Below, piece after piece: positions 10,131 through 19,242 of a DNA stretch of 64,000 nucleotides. The position numbers were made by a program, and so were the translations under genes. Within the stretch, counting starts at the first letter, position 1, and each line of letters opens with the position of its first letter. The notes beneath the pieces are model-generated. The model had not been told where the DNA came from. It made no database searches and saw only the letters and a list, made by a program, of their open reading frames with translations. The DNA is from an uncultured Arcobacteraceae bacterium. Lineage in GTDB: Bacteria > Campylobacterota > Campylobacteria > Campylobacterales > Arcobacteraceae. The stretch is taken from positions 173,415 through 237,414 of the forward strand of contig CAXHZO010000003.1 of the NCBI GenBank assembly GCA_964022095.1, written 5' to 3'.

Positions 10131-10131
10131 G

Positions 10132-11886
10132 ATGAGAAGAGTTTTTATTTTGATATTTATAGTTTTTACAAGCCTTGCTTTTAGTGAAAATTATAGTCTA
10201 AAGTTAGTTGTGGATAAAACATCACAAACTTATATACAAGCCATAAAAAAAGAGAGTGAAAAACTTTTTTCAAGTAGTGATAAAATAAACTATAAGATAG
10301 AAGTGTGTTCTAAATATTGTCAAAATTTATTAAAAAGTAAAAATGCAGTCTTTTTATTAAATAGTATAGGCTCAAAGCCTAAAAAAGTAGACTCATATAT
10401 AGTTACATATAATCTAATATCATCTATTTATGATGAAAATAGAGTCATACGAACTACTGCTTTAGGTATTTTTGAGTATCTAAAAGAGAAAAAAAGAAAA
10501 ACTATACATATAAAAAACAAAGCTTTAGTTTTCAAAGAAGAAAACAAAAATCTAAAAACTTTAAATCTAAAAGAGGTTTTAAATCTGGCTGTAAAAAACA
10601 ATCTTAAAATAAAAAGAAACCAAAACAGCATAAAACTTCAAGAAATAGGTGTTCATGAAACAAAAAGTTTATATAAACCAAAAATAGATATTTTTTCAAA
10701 CTATATAGAAATTGATGAAGATAGAGCACTTGCTAGTAGAGGTCTAAATCCTCAAAGAACAATGGAAGCTGGTGTGAAAGTGTCTCAACTAATATATTCA
10801 AATAAGGTTTTGAAAAATATAGAGATAAATAAACTTTTATATAAATCTACAAAACAAGAAGCCAAGGCTCTAGATGATGAGATTTTATATAAAGCAACGT
10901 TGATATATCTAAACATAATAAAAGCAAAAGAGTATAAGCAAATAATTAAAATAAAACATGATTTTATACAAAGAAATCTTTTATTTGCAAAACAAAGAGT
11001 TCAAATAGGAGTTCAAGATAGAAGTGATGTATATAGATGGCAAAGTGAATTAGCAAATGCAAATATTCAATTGGCAACTTCTAAAAAAGAGTTAAAAAAG
11101 CTAAAAGTGGAATTATCAAACTTACTTAGAATAAAAAATGAGTATGATTTTTTAGAGTATGGACTAAACTCAAAACTTTTTAAACTTTTAAATAAAGATG
11201 CAATTGCATATCTTAAAGATGTGAAAGTTCAAGAAGCTTTTACAAAAAATATAGTTCATACACATCCAAGATTAAAACAAATAAAAGAGCTAATAAAAGC
11301 AAAAAATGAACACTTACAAATGAATAAAGACTCTTATTATTTACCAAGTATTGCCTTTGAGGGAAGTGCTAAAAAAGTTCTAAAAAGAGGTGGTGAAGCA
11401 TCTGATTTACCAAGAACTTGGGACGATAAAGAGTATCAAGCTGTTATTAATCTAAATCTTCCTTTATATGAAGGTGGAGTTAAAAAATCAAAGATTCAAA
11501 AAAATGAAGTAGAACTAATCGATTTAAAACTTCAATACAATGATGTAAAAAATCTAATAATAGAAAATGTAAGAAAAAACTATGAGTCACTATCTCACTC
11601 TTACTCAAAAATATCATATTCAAAGGACTCATTGAGCTCTTCAAAAAAGAATTATGAGTTAATTGAAGATAAATATAAAAAAGGAAAAGAGAATATTATC
11701 TCACTTTTAGATGCTCAAAACTCATATATAGTTTCAAAGTTAAATCTAAGTATTTCAAATATTGAATATCTAGTGGATTTAAGTTCTATTTATTTTTTTA
11801 GTGGACGAATAGATATTTTACTTGATGAGATAAAAAAAGAAGAAGTTGAAAGAAAAATACAAGAGATTATAAAGGATAAAAATTGA
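10132..11886 (+). CDS. TolC-family outer membrane efflux protein with ~140-aa N-terminal extension
   Basis: Signal peptide; OEP-like segments (LNLKEVLNLAVKNN, NLNLPLYEGG, ISLLDAQN); upstream of MFP and RND genes. Confidence 0.87.
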   Translation: MRRVFILIFIVFTSLAFSENYSLKLVVDKTSQTYIQAIKKESEKLFSSSDKINYKIEVCSKYCQNLLKSKNAVFLLNSIGSKPKKVDSYIVTYNLISSIYDENRVIRTTALGIFEYLKEKKRKTIHIKNKALVFKEENKNLKTLNLKEVLNLAVKNNLKIKRNQNSIKLQEIGVHETKSLYKPKIDIFSNYIEIDEDRALASRGLNPQRTMEAGVKVSQLIYSNKVLKNIEINKLLYKSTKQEAKALDDEILYKATLIYLNIIKAKEYKQIIKIKHDFIQRNLLFAKQRVQIGVQDRSDVYRWQSELANANIQLATSKKELKKLKVELSNLLRIKNEYDFLEYGLNSKLFKLLNKDAIAYLKDVKVQEAFTKNIVHTHPRLKQIKELIKAKNEHLQMNKDSYYLPSIAFEGSAKKVLKRGGEASDLPRTWDDKEYQAVINLNLPLYEGGVKKSKIQKNEVELIDLKLQYNDVKNLIIENVRKNYESLSHSYSKISYSKDSLSSSKKNYELIEDKYKKGKENIISLLDAQNSYIVSKLNLSISNIEYLVDLSSIYFFSGRIDILLDEIKKEEVERKIQEIIKDKN

Positions 11887-12983
11887 AAAATTTAGTTTTA
11901 GCCATATTTATTTTAGTAGCTTTTACTGCTTGCCAAGAAAAAGAAGAAAAAGTGGAAAAACAAGATATTAAAACAGTATTTGCTACTTTACCAATAGCTA
12001 AAGATTCAAATGAAAATAGAGTTTTTAACGCAACTGCTATTTCAAATAATGAAACAAAATTAAGCTTCAAAGTTGAAGGAAACATCACATATCTAAAAGC
12101 AAAAATAGGTGATGAAGTAAAAAAAGATGAGTTAATAGCAAAGTTGGATTCAAAACCTTATGAGCTAAGAGTTTCTCAAATAAGATATGCCCTAAGTGAA
12201 GCAAAGGCAAGTTTGCAAAATGCCAAAAGCAGTTATGAAAGAGTAAAAAAACTATACATAAATCAAAATGCAAGTGTAAGTGATATAGATAAAGCAAAAG
12301 CAGCTTATGAAGCTACAAATGCAAAGGTTAAAAATATCACAAAAGAGTTAGAGTATGCAAAACTAAAACTTTCATACACAAAACTTTATTCACCAATGAA
12401 TGGGTATATTTCACTAAAGTATGTACATGAAAATGAAAATGTAGCAGTAGGAACACCTATTGTTTTAATAGGAGATAAACTAATTGATGAAGTATCAGTA
12501 CAAGTTCCTGAATCAATCATAAATAGAATAGAGCAAAATGATTTAGTAAAAGTAGTATTTCCTTCACTTGATAAAAACAGAGTATTTACAGCAAAAGTAA
12601 AAGAAGTATCAAAGTATGCTTCATCTAAAAGTAAAACCTATAAAGTAGTGGTAAAACTAAAAAATAGTTCAAAACTAATCAAGTCAGGTATGTCAGCAGA
12701 TGTTTATTTTAATCTTTTAGATTCTTCAAAAAATAGTATTTATTGTGTTCCTTCAAATAGTGTTTTAAATGATAAAGAGGGATATTTTGTATATACCCTT
12801 AAAAAAGATGAAAAAGATTATGTGATTAAAAAAACTATTGTAAAAGTAGGGGAGTTAACTACTGATGGCTTTGAAATACTTGAGGGATTAAAAAGTGATG
12901 ATTTAGTTTTAAAAGCGGGAATGAGTGAAGTTTACGAGCAAATGAAAGTAAAAGTATCAAATATCAAAGATTTAGGAAAATAA
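11883..12983 (+). CDS. RND efflux periplasmic adaptor (MFP) lipoprotein
   Basis: Lipobox FTAC, LSFKVEG, GDEVKKDELIAKLD, YTKLYSPMNGYI, KSGMSADV; TTG start. Confidence 0.92.
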   Translation: MKNLVLAIFILVAFTACQEKEEKVEKQDIKTVFATLPIAKDSNENRVFNATAISNNETKLSFKVEGNITYLKAKIGDEVKKDELIAKLDSKPYELRVSQIRYALSEAKASLQNAKSSYERVKKLYINQNASVSDIDKAKAAYEATNAKVKNITKELEYAKLKLSYTKLYSPMNGYISLKYVHENENVAVGTPIVLIGDKLIDEVSVQVPESIINRIEQNDLVKVVFPSLDKNRVFTAKVKEVSKYASSKSKTYKVVVKLKNSSKLIKSGMSADVYFNLLDSSKNSIYCVPSNSVLNDKEGYFVYTLKKDEKDYVIKKTIVKVGELTTDGFEILEGLKSDDLVLKAGMSEVYEQMKVKVSNIKDLGK

Positions 12984-12984
12984 G

Positions 12985-15900
12985 ATGTCTATTACAAAAT
13001 TTGCTTTAGAAAAAAGCACTGTTACTATAGTCTTCTCACTTATGCTTTTAATCTATGGAGTAATATCTTTTTTTGATTTACCAAGGGCAAAAGATCCAGG
13101 TTTTATAATAAGAACTGCAACAGTTGTAACATACTTTCCAGGAGCTAGTGCAAAAAGAGTTGAGCAACTTGTAACTGATAAGCTAGAAAAAACTATACAA
13201 GAAATGCCTGAACTTGATAATATAAAATCAACTTCAAAAAATGGTGTATCAATAATCTTTGTAAATATTTTAGAAAAGCACAAAAATATGCGTGAGATTT
13301 GGGATAGTCTTAGAAGAAAAGTTGAAAAAGGAAGTAGGGCATTACCAGATGGAACAAGCCAACCTATAGTAAATGATGAGTTTGGAGATGTTTATGGAAA
13401 TTTAATCTCAATTACAAGTGATGGATTAGAGTATAAAGAGCTTGAAGATATTGCAAATGATGCTAAGGATATTATACTAAGAATTGATGAGGTTGCTAAG
13501 GTTGAGTTACTAGGGCTTCAACCTCAAAGGGTTTATGTAGAGTTTGATAATACAAAACTAGCAAAATTAAATCTTAGTGCATCATATCTAAAGAATATTT
13601 TAGCGCAAAAAAATATAGTTTTATCAGGTGGAAGTATAAAGGTTGATACTTCAAGATTATCAGTTGAACCAACTGGAAATTATGAAAATATAAAACAAAT
13701 AGAAAATACTATTGTTCCTTTAGCAACGGGTGAGTATATATACTTAAAAGACATTGCAAACATAAAGTATGAATATAAAGACCCAAGTAGTTTCATAGTA
13801 AGAAAAAATGGCCAAAATGCTATAGTTTTAGCTGTTTCTATGAAAAAAGATGGGGATATTATAAAGCTTGGAGAGAAACTTGATAACTTGATGCTAGATA
13901 TTCAAAATAAACTTCCTTTAGGCGTGAAATTAGAAAAGCTTTTTGATGAACCAAAAATTGTAGAGCAAATCGTTGGAAACTTTGTAGATAACTTACTTCA
14001 AGCTATGGCTTTAGTTGTTTTAGTGATGTTGTTTTCATTAGGATTTAGAACAGGTCTTATAGTTGCTGTTTTAATTCCTATGTCGGTTTTAACTTCTTTT
14101 ATCATCATGAGTATTTTTGATATTTGGTTAGATCAGGTATCCCTTGCTGCACTTATTATCTCTTTAGGTCTTTTAGTTGATAGTGCAATTGTTATGAGTG
14201 AATCTATAATGGTTTTAATGCAAAGGGGAAAGAGTGTATTTGAAGCTTCACTCCAAAGTGCAAATGAACTAAAAGTACCACTTTTAACATCAGCACTTAC
14301 AACATCAGCAGCCTTTTTACCTATATTTTTAGCAAAATCAAGCACAGGAGAGTATACAAACTCTATATTTAAAGTAGTTACTATAACTTTACTTTCTTCT
14401 TGGGTTTTAGCACTTACTTTAACACCTGTTTTAAGCAAATATTTTATGAAAAAGAAAAAGCTTGAAACTAAAGAGAGTAAGTTTTATTTTTATTATAGAG
14501 GGTTTTTAAAAACTGTTTTAAAATTTAGATATTTAACGGTTTTAGTTGTAATTTTAATTTTTGTGGGCTCACTAAAAGTTTTAGATATTGTTCCAAAGAA
14601 GTTTTTTCCACCTTCAAGTGAACCTAGTTTTACTTTAGAGCTTAGGCTTCCAGTAGGAACAAATATAGATACTACAAAACAAGCAGTAGGAAAAATAGAA
14701 GAGTATATAAATCAAAAATATATTGTAAAAAAACAAAGTGTTAAAAACTTTGTCTCTTTTATAGGACAAAGTGCTCCAAGGTTTTGGTTAGCTTATGACC
14801 AAGAGTTAGCTAGTGTAGAGTACAGTACTATCTTAGTTAATGTAAAAGAGTATAAAAATCTATATAGTGTAAAAAAAGATGTAGAAGATTTCACAAAAAA
14901 TAGTTTCCCAGATATGCAAGTATCAGCAAAAGTTTTAGCAAACGGACCTCCTGTTAAACAGCCAATTGAGATAAGAATAAGTGGAAAAGATGTTGATAAA
15001 CTTTTTGAGTTAAGTTCAAAAATAAAACAAGAGTTGTCAAGTTATGATGAAGTTAAAACTATAGTTGATGATTGGGGTATTAGAAATAAAAAGTTTGTTG
15101 TGGATATTGATGAAGCAAAGGCTTTAAAAGAGGGTATTTCAAATCTTGATATTGCAATATCTTTACAAAGTGCTTTAAGTGGTTTTGAGGTTACGACTTT
15201 TAGAAAAGGTGATAAGCTTATACCTATAGTTTTAAGATCAAATGAGAATACAAAAGATGATTTAGATAGATTTAAATCTATTAGTGTTTATTCTCAAAGT
15301 AGTGGAAAAAATATACCTTTATCTCAAGTTGCTTCTGTGAAAGTAGTTTTTGAAGAGTCAAAAATCATAAGAAGAGATAGACTAAAAACAGTAACTATTG
15401 GAGCAAATATAAATCAAGAAGCAAATGCAATAGCAGTATTTGAAAAAATACAGCCTTTTATGACCGAGCTAGAAGAAAAGTTTCCTTTGGGTTATTATTA
15501 TGAGTTTGGTGGAGAGTATGAAGCCTCAGGAAAAGCAAATAAGTCAATAGTTGAGAATTTACCTCTTGCTTTTATGATAATAGTTTTACTTATGGTTGCA
15601 CAGTTTAACTCTATTAGAAAGCCAATTATTATTCTTGTTTCTATTCCTTTAGGAATAATTGGAGTATCAATTGGGCTTTACATAATGAACTCATATTTTG
15701 GCTTTATGACTCTTTTAGGAATTATTTCTTTAAGTGGTATTGTAATCAATAACGCAATTGTTTTATTAGAGAGAATAAAACTTGAAAATGAAAATGGTTT
15801 AAATCTTTATGACTCTATTATTGAAGCTTGTGTAAGTAGGTTTAGACCTATCATTCTTACAACAATCACCACTATTTTCGGACTTATTCCTTTATGGTAT

Positions 15901-16026
15901 AGTGGAGGTGAGATGTGGGAGCCTATGGCTATTTCAATTATATTTGGTTTGATGTTCTCTACGATATTAACATTAGGTTTCATACCTGTTTTATATGCTA
16001 TCTTTTATAAAGTAAAGAGGTCTTAA
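12985..16026 (+). CDS. RND efflux transporter permease (AcrB/AcrD/AcrF family)
   Basis: 1013 aa, FPGASAKRVEQLVT, GLLVDSAIV, GIVINNAIVL, RFRPIILTT. Confidence 0.95.
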   Translation: MSITKFALEKSTVTIVFSLMLLIYGVISFFDLPRAKDPGFIIRTATVVTYFPGASAKRVEQLVTDKLEKTIQEMPELDNIKSTSKNGVSIIFVNILEKHKNMREIWDSLRRKVEKGSRALPDGTSQPIVNDEFGDVYGNLISITSDGLEYKELEDIANDAKDIILRIDEVAKVELLGLQPQRVYVEFDNTKLAKLNLSASYLKNILAQKNIVLSGGSIKVDTSRLSVEPTGNYENIKQIENTIVPLATGEYIYLKDIANIKYEYKDPSSFIVRKNGQNAIVLAVSMKKDGDIIKLGEKLDNLMLDIQNKLPLGVKLEKLFDEPKIVEQIVGNFVDNLLQAMALVVLVMLFSLGFRTGLIVAVLIPMSVLTSFIIMSIFDIWLDQVSLAALIISLGLLVDSAIVMSESIMVLMQRGKSVFEASLQSANELKVPLLTSALTTSAAFLPIFLAKSSTGEYTNSIFKVVTITLLSSWVLALTLTPVLSKYFMKKKKLETKESKFYFYYRGFLKTVLKFRYLTVLVVILIFVGSLKVLDIVPKKFFPPSSEPSFTLELRLPVGTNIDTTKQAVGKIEEYINQKYIVKKQSVKNFVSFIGQSAPRFWLAYDQELASVEYSTILVNVKEYKNLYSVKKDVEDFTKNSFPDMQVSAKVLANGPPVKQPIEIRISGKDVDKLFELSSKIKQELSSYDEVKTIVDDWGIRNKKFVVDIDEAKALKEGISNLDIAISLQSALSGFEVTTFRKGDKLIPIVLRSNENTKDDLDRFKSISVYSQSSGKNIPLSQVASVKVVFEESKIIRRDRLKTVTIGANINQEANAIAVFEKIQPFMTELEEKFPLGYYYEFGGEYEASGKANKSIVENLPLAFMIIVLLMVAQFNSIRKPIIILVSIPLGIIGVSIGLYIMNSYFGFMTLLGIISLSGIVINNAIVLLERIKLENENGLNLYDSIIEACVSRFRPIILTTITTIFGLIPLWYSGGEMWEPMAISIIFGLMFSTILTLGFIPVLYAIFYKVKRS

Positions 16027-16027
16027 A

Positions 16028-17344
16028 ATGTTTAAAACACTTTGGTTTAAAGTTTTAGTAGGAATGGTTTTAGGGGTTGTAGTTGGACTTATGTTATCTC
16101 CAAATGCTTTTGCTTTAGTCTCAAAAGAAGTTGCTTTTACTATTGCTCCTTGGGTTGCTTTAGCTGGAAATATTTTTTTAGCACTTATTAAAATGGTGGT
16201 AATACCTCTTGTAATGAGCTCAATTATTTTAGGAATTACAAGTGCAAATAATACAGAAACTTTAAAAAGTTTAGGTTTGAAAATAGCTCCTTATTTTGTA
16301 TTTACAACTATAGTTTCTGTAATTTTTGGTTTAATTGTCGCCTTGTATGTAAACCCAGGACAATATGTATCAAAAGATATTTTAAATACAATAAGTACAA
16401 GTAGTGTAGTAATCAAAGAGGTAAATCCTATTTCAAATACTTCAATTCCTGATATGATAGTAGATTTAATTCCTGTAAATGTAAGTCAAGCTGAACTTGA
16501 TGGAAATATTCTATTTTTCGTAATACTTGCTATTTTTGTTGGTGTTGCTTTGATGAATATGGAAGATGATGACTCAAAACCTATGAAAGATTTAGCTAAG
16601 TCCTTTCAGGCTTTTTCTATGACAGTAGTTAGTTGGGCTATGAAGCTTGCTCCTTATGCTGTATTTGGTTTACTTTGTAGTATCACTATTAAAATAGGTT
16701 TTGATGCAATATCATCTATGTCCATGTATGTGTTTACCGTTTTACTGGGATTATTTTCTCTTTTATGTTTTTATTTAACAGTTGTTTATTTAAGCTCAAA
16801 AATAAAGCCTCTTGATTTTTTAAGAAAAGTAAGAGAAGTACAACTCATGGCTTTTTCTACTTCATCATCAGCTGCTGTTATGCCTTTATCTATGAAAACA
16901 GCAGAAGATAAGCTAAATGTCCCAACACCAATTTCGAAGTTTGTAATACCTTTGGGTGCAACTATAAATATGGATGGAACAGCAATTTATCAAGTAATAG
17001 CAGCTATATTTTTAACACAATTATTCGGAATAGATTTAAGTCTAACGCAGATGATTATTTTAGCTTTAACAACAGTTGCTGCATCTATTGGAGCTCCTAG
17101 TACACCTGGAGTTGGTATTGTAATACTTGCAACAATACTTCAGAGTTTAGGAGTTCCAGTTGAGGGAATAGCACTTATTTTAGGAGTTGATAGAATACTT
17201 GATATGTGTAGAACTACTATAAATGTTACAGGGGACTTAACAGCCTCTTTAGTTATGAAAAAACTAGTAAATATTTCAAGCGATGAAGTAGATGTGGCAA
17301 AAGAGATAAATGCTTTAAAACAAAAGTTGAGTAAGGAAAACTAA
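16028..17344 (+). CDS. Dicarboxylate/amino acid:cation symporter (DAACS/GltP family)
   Basis: AFSTSSSAAVMP, PLGATINMDGTA, VDRILDMCRTTINVTGD. Confidence 0.94.
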   Translation: MFKTLWFKVLVGMVLGVVVGLMLSPNAFALVSKEVAFTIAPWVALAGNIFLALIKMVVIPLVMSSIILGITSANNTETLKSLGLKIAPYFVFTTIVSVIFGLIVALYVNPGQYVSKDILNTISTSSVVIKEVNPISNTSIPDMIVDLIPVNVSQAELDGNILFFVILAIFVGVALMNMEDDDSKPMKDLAKSFQAFSMTVVSWAMKLAPYAVFGLLCSITIKIGFDAISSMSMYVFTVLLGLFSLLCFYLTVVYLSSKIKPLDFLRKVREVQLMAFSTSSSAAVMPLSMKTAEDKLNVPTPISKFVIPLGATINMDGTAIYQVIAAIFLTQLFGIDLSLTQMIILALTTVAASIGAPSTPGVGIVILATILQSLGVPVEGIALILGVDRILDMCRTTINVTGDLTASLVMKKLVNISSDEVDVAKEINALKQKLSKEN

Positions 17345-17347
17345 AAT

Positions 17348-17748
17348 ATGAAAAAGAAAAAAACAGTATCATTAGTCTTAGGAAGTGGAGGAGCTAGAGG
17401 TTATGCTCATATTGGAGTTATAAAAGAATTAGAGAAGCAAGGCTATGAAATAAAATCTATTTCAGGTTCATCAATGGGTGCTTTAGTTGGTGGTTTATAT
17501 GCAAGTGGGAAACTTCAAGCTTATGAGGATTGGGTTTTGAACTTTGATGCTTTAGATATTTTAAGCTAGTAGATTTTTCATTTTCAGATGGTGGAATGAT
17601 AAAGGCAGATAAAGTCTTTGATAAAATCGAAGAGTTTATAGGTGAAGATGTTTTAATAGAAGATTTACCCATTCCTTTCACTGCAACAGCAACTGATATT
17701 TTAAATAAAAAAGAAGTATGGCTAAAAAAAGGAAGTCTAAAAGATGCA
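17348..17748 (+). pseudogene. Patatin-like phospholipase (RssA type), frameshifted and 3'-truncated
   Basis: [21 protein letters not shown]; apparent 1-nt loss near 17562 (restoring ...[14 protein letters not shown]...); second frame ...IEDLPIPFTATATD...KKGSLKDA then abuts antisense ectB sequence; catalytic DGG region absent. Confidence 0.85.
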
Positions 17749-18817
17749 TTTTTAAACTCAATTGCTAACATCATTCCTTTTTGTCTAACATCTATTACTT
17801 GATAATATTTTGCTTCAAGTGAATTTAAAGTTTCTCTTATAATTTCACCTTTTCTTTTTGTCTCTTCATTAAATTCCTCATTTTTGAAATACTCTAATGC
17901 AATTTTTCCAGCAACAAATGAAAATCCTTGTCCTCTAAATGTTCCTGTATGCTGCCCTGGTCCCCATACTTTATCGAACTCAGGTTTATTTACAAGCATT
18001 CCAATTGGTGTTCCAACTCCTCCTAAACCTTTTGCTAAGATAATAATATCTGGGTCAACATCTAAATCATCAAAACTAAAGTAACTTCCACATCTTCCAC
18101 AACCACACTGAATACTATCTAGAATAAAAAGTGCTCCTGTGTCATTTGCAAGTTTTTGCACACCTTGAAGCCACTGTTTACTAGCAGGTCTAACTCCACC
18201 TTCTGCTTGTACTGGTTCTACTATAAATGCAGCAGGTGGTAACATACCCGAACCCAAATCAAACATTTTTTGACGTAGGTTTTCAAGTGCCTCCATATCA
18301 TTAAATGTATCTCTAATTACATTTGTAAGAGGAACTCCTGAACTACTTCTAAAAGCATTATTAGCAGTACAAGCAAGTGCACCTAATGTCATACCATGAA
18401 AACCTCTATTAAAAGCAACAACTTCAGTTCTTCCTGTAACTTTTCTTGCAAGTTTTAGAGCTGCTTCAACTGCATTTGTTCCAGTAGGACCTGTAAATTG
18501 TAGTTTTCTATCTTCCCAACCACGTGGCTTTAAAACTGTATCAACAAATGTATTTATAAAATCTCTTTTTACATCAGTGTACATATCAAGTGAGTGAATC
18601 ACACCCTTTTTATAAACTCTATCATTGCATCTTGCATTAAAGGGTTATTATGTCCAAAGTTTAACACTCCAGCCCCACCGAAAAAATCTATATAATCTTT
18701 ATCTTCTTCATCTATCATAACTGCATTTTGAGAAGATTTAAAAACAGTTGGTACTGCTCTACAATAAGCTCTTATTTCTGATTCATATTGTTCAAAAGTT
18801 GTTGTTTCGTTTATCAT
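17745..18817 (-). pseudogene. ectB: Diaminobutyrate--2-oxoglutarate transaminase (EctB-like, class III PLP), frameshifted near 18605 and 3'-truncated near 17745
   Basis: YESEIRAYCRAVPTVF, DFFGGAGVLNFGHN, FTGPTGTNAVEAALK, GFHGMTLG, EPVQAEGG, PLP Lys in LAKGLGG, GTFRG; split over ORFs 18599-18817 and 17457-18602; after MMLAIEFKNA the frame reads antisense patatin. Confidence 0.85.
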
Positions 18818-18957
18818 GTTAAATCCTTATTTTTAAGCATTAAATTATTCTTGAGTTTAAACTCAATATATAGGGCAAACTGCCACCAGTAAAGTAGTAA
18901 AATTATGTAAAATTAATGAAGTGTTTTAGGCTGAAAGAATTAAGATTTTATCTTGAA

Positions 18958-19080
18958 TTAGTAAGTTTTTATTTCTTTGATTGGTTTACATGTGATTTTT
19001 ATTAATACATAAAGGTTTTCTAGTAACATACAGTAAAAGTGTTTTAACTTAGAGTTATTAAAAAAAGTTACATTAGTCAT
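18958..19080 (-). CDS. Possible 40-aa small ORF upstream of the ectB-like gene
   Basis: AGGAG RBS 5 nt before ATG at 19080; MTNVTFFNNSKLKHFYCMLLENLYVLIKITCKPIKEIKTY*. Confidence 0.3.
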   Translation of the reverse strand: MTNVTFFNNSKLKHFYCMLLENLYVLIKITCKPIKEIKTY

Positions 19081-19182
19081 GCAAACTCCTTTTGTATTTA
19101 TTTTGTAATATAAAAATGCTATCATAAATACAGTATTAAAATCAATTAGTTATTGAGTAAAAAATATACATGATAATTGTAG

Positions 19183-19214
19183 CACACTTTTTACATACTT
19201 TAGTATATTAGAAT
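19183..19214 (+). promoter_or_regulatory. Tandem direct-repeat site plus -10 upstream of aspA
   Basis: CACACTTTT-TA-CATACTTT (11-bp period) with TAGAAT 26 nt after the first repeat, as at 3525-3556. Confidence 0.55.
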
Positions 19215-19242
19215 TCACAAAAAATTAAATTAAAGGCAAATC

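Noticed and set aside
17457-17744. C-terminal ~95 aa of the 381-aa ORF as genuine EctB sequence
   Set aside because: It is the antisense of the patatin fragment read through after the breakpoint
18590-18615. Programmed frameshift in the ectB-like gene
   Set aside because: The gene is also 3'-truncated, so mutational decay (or a sequencing indel) is the simpler explanation
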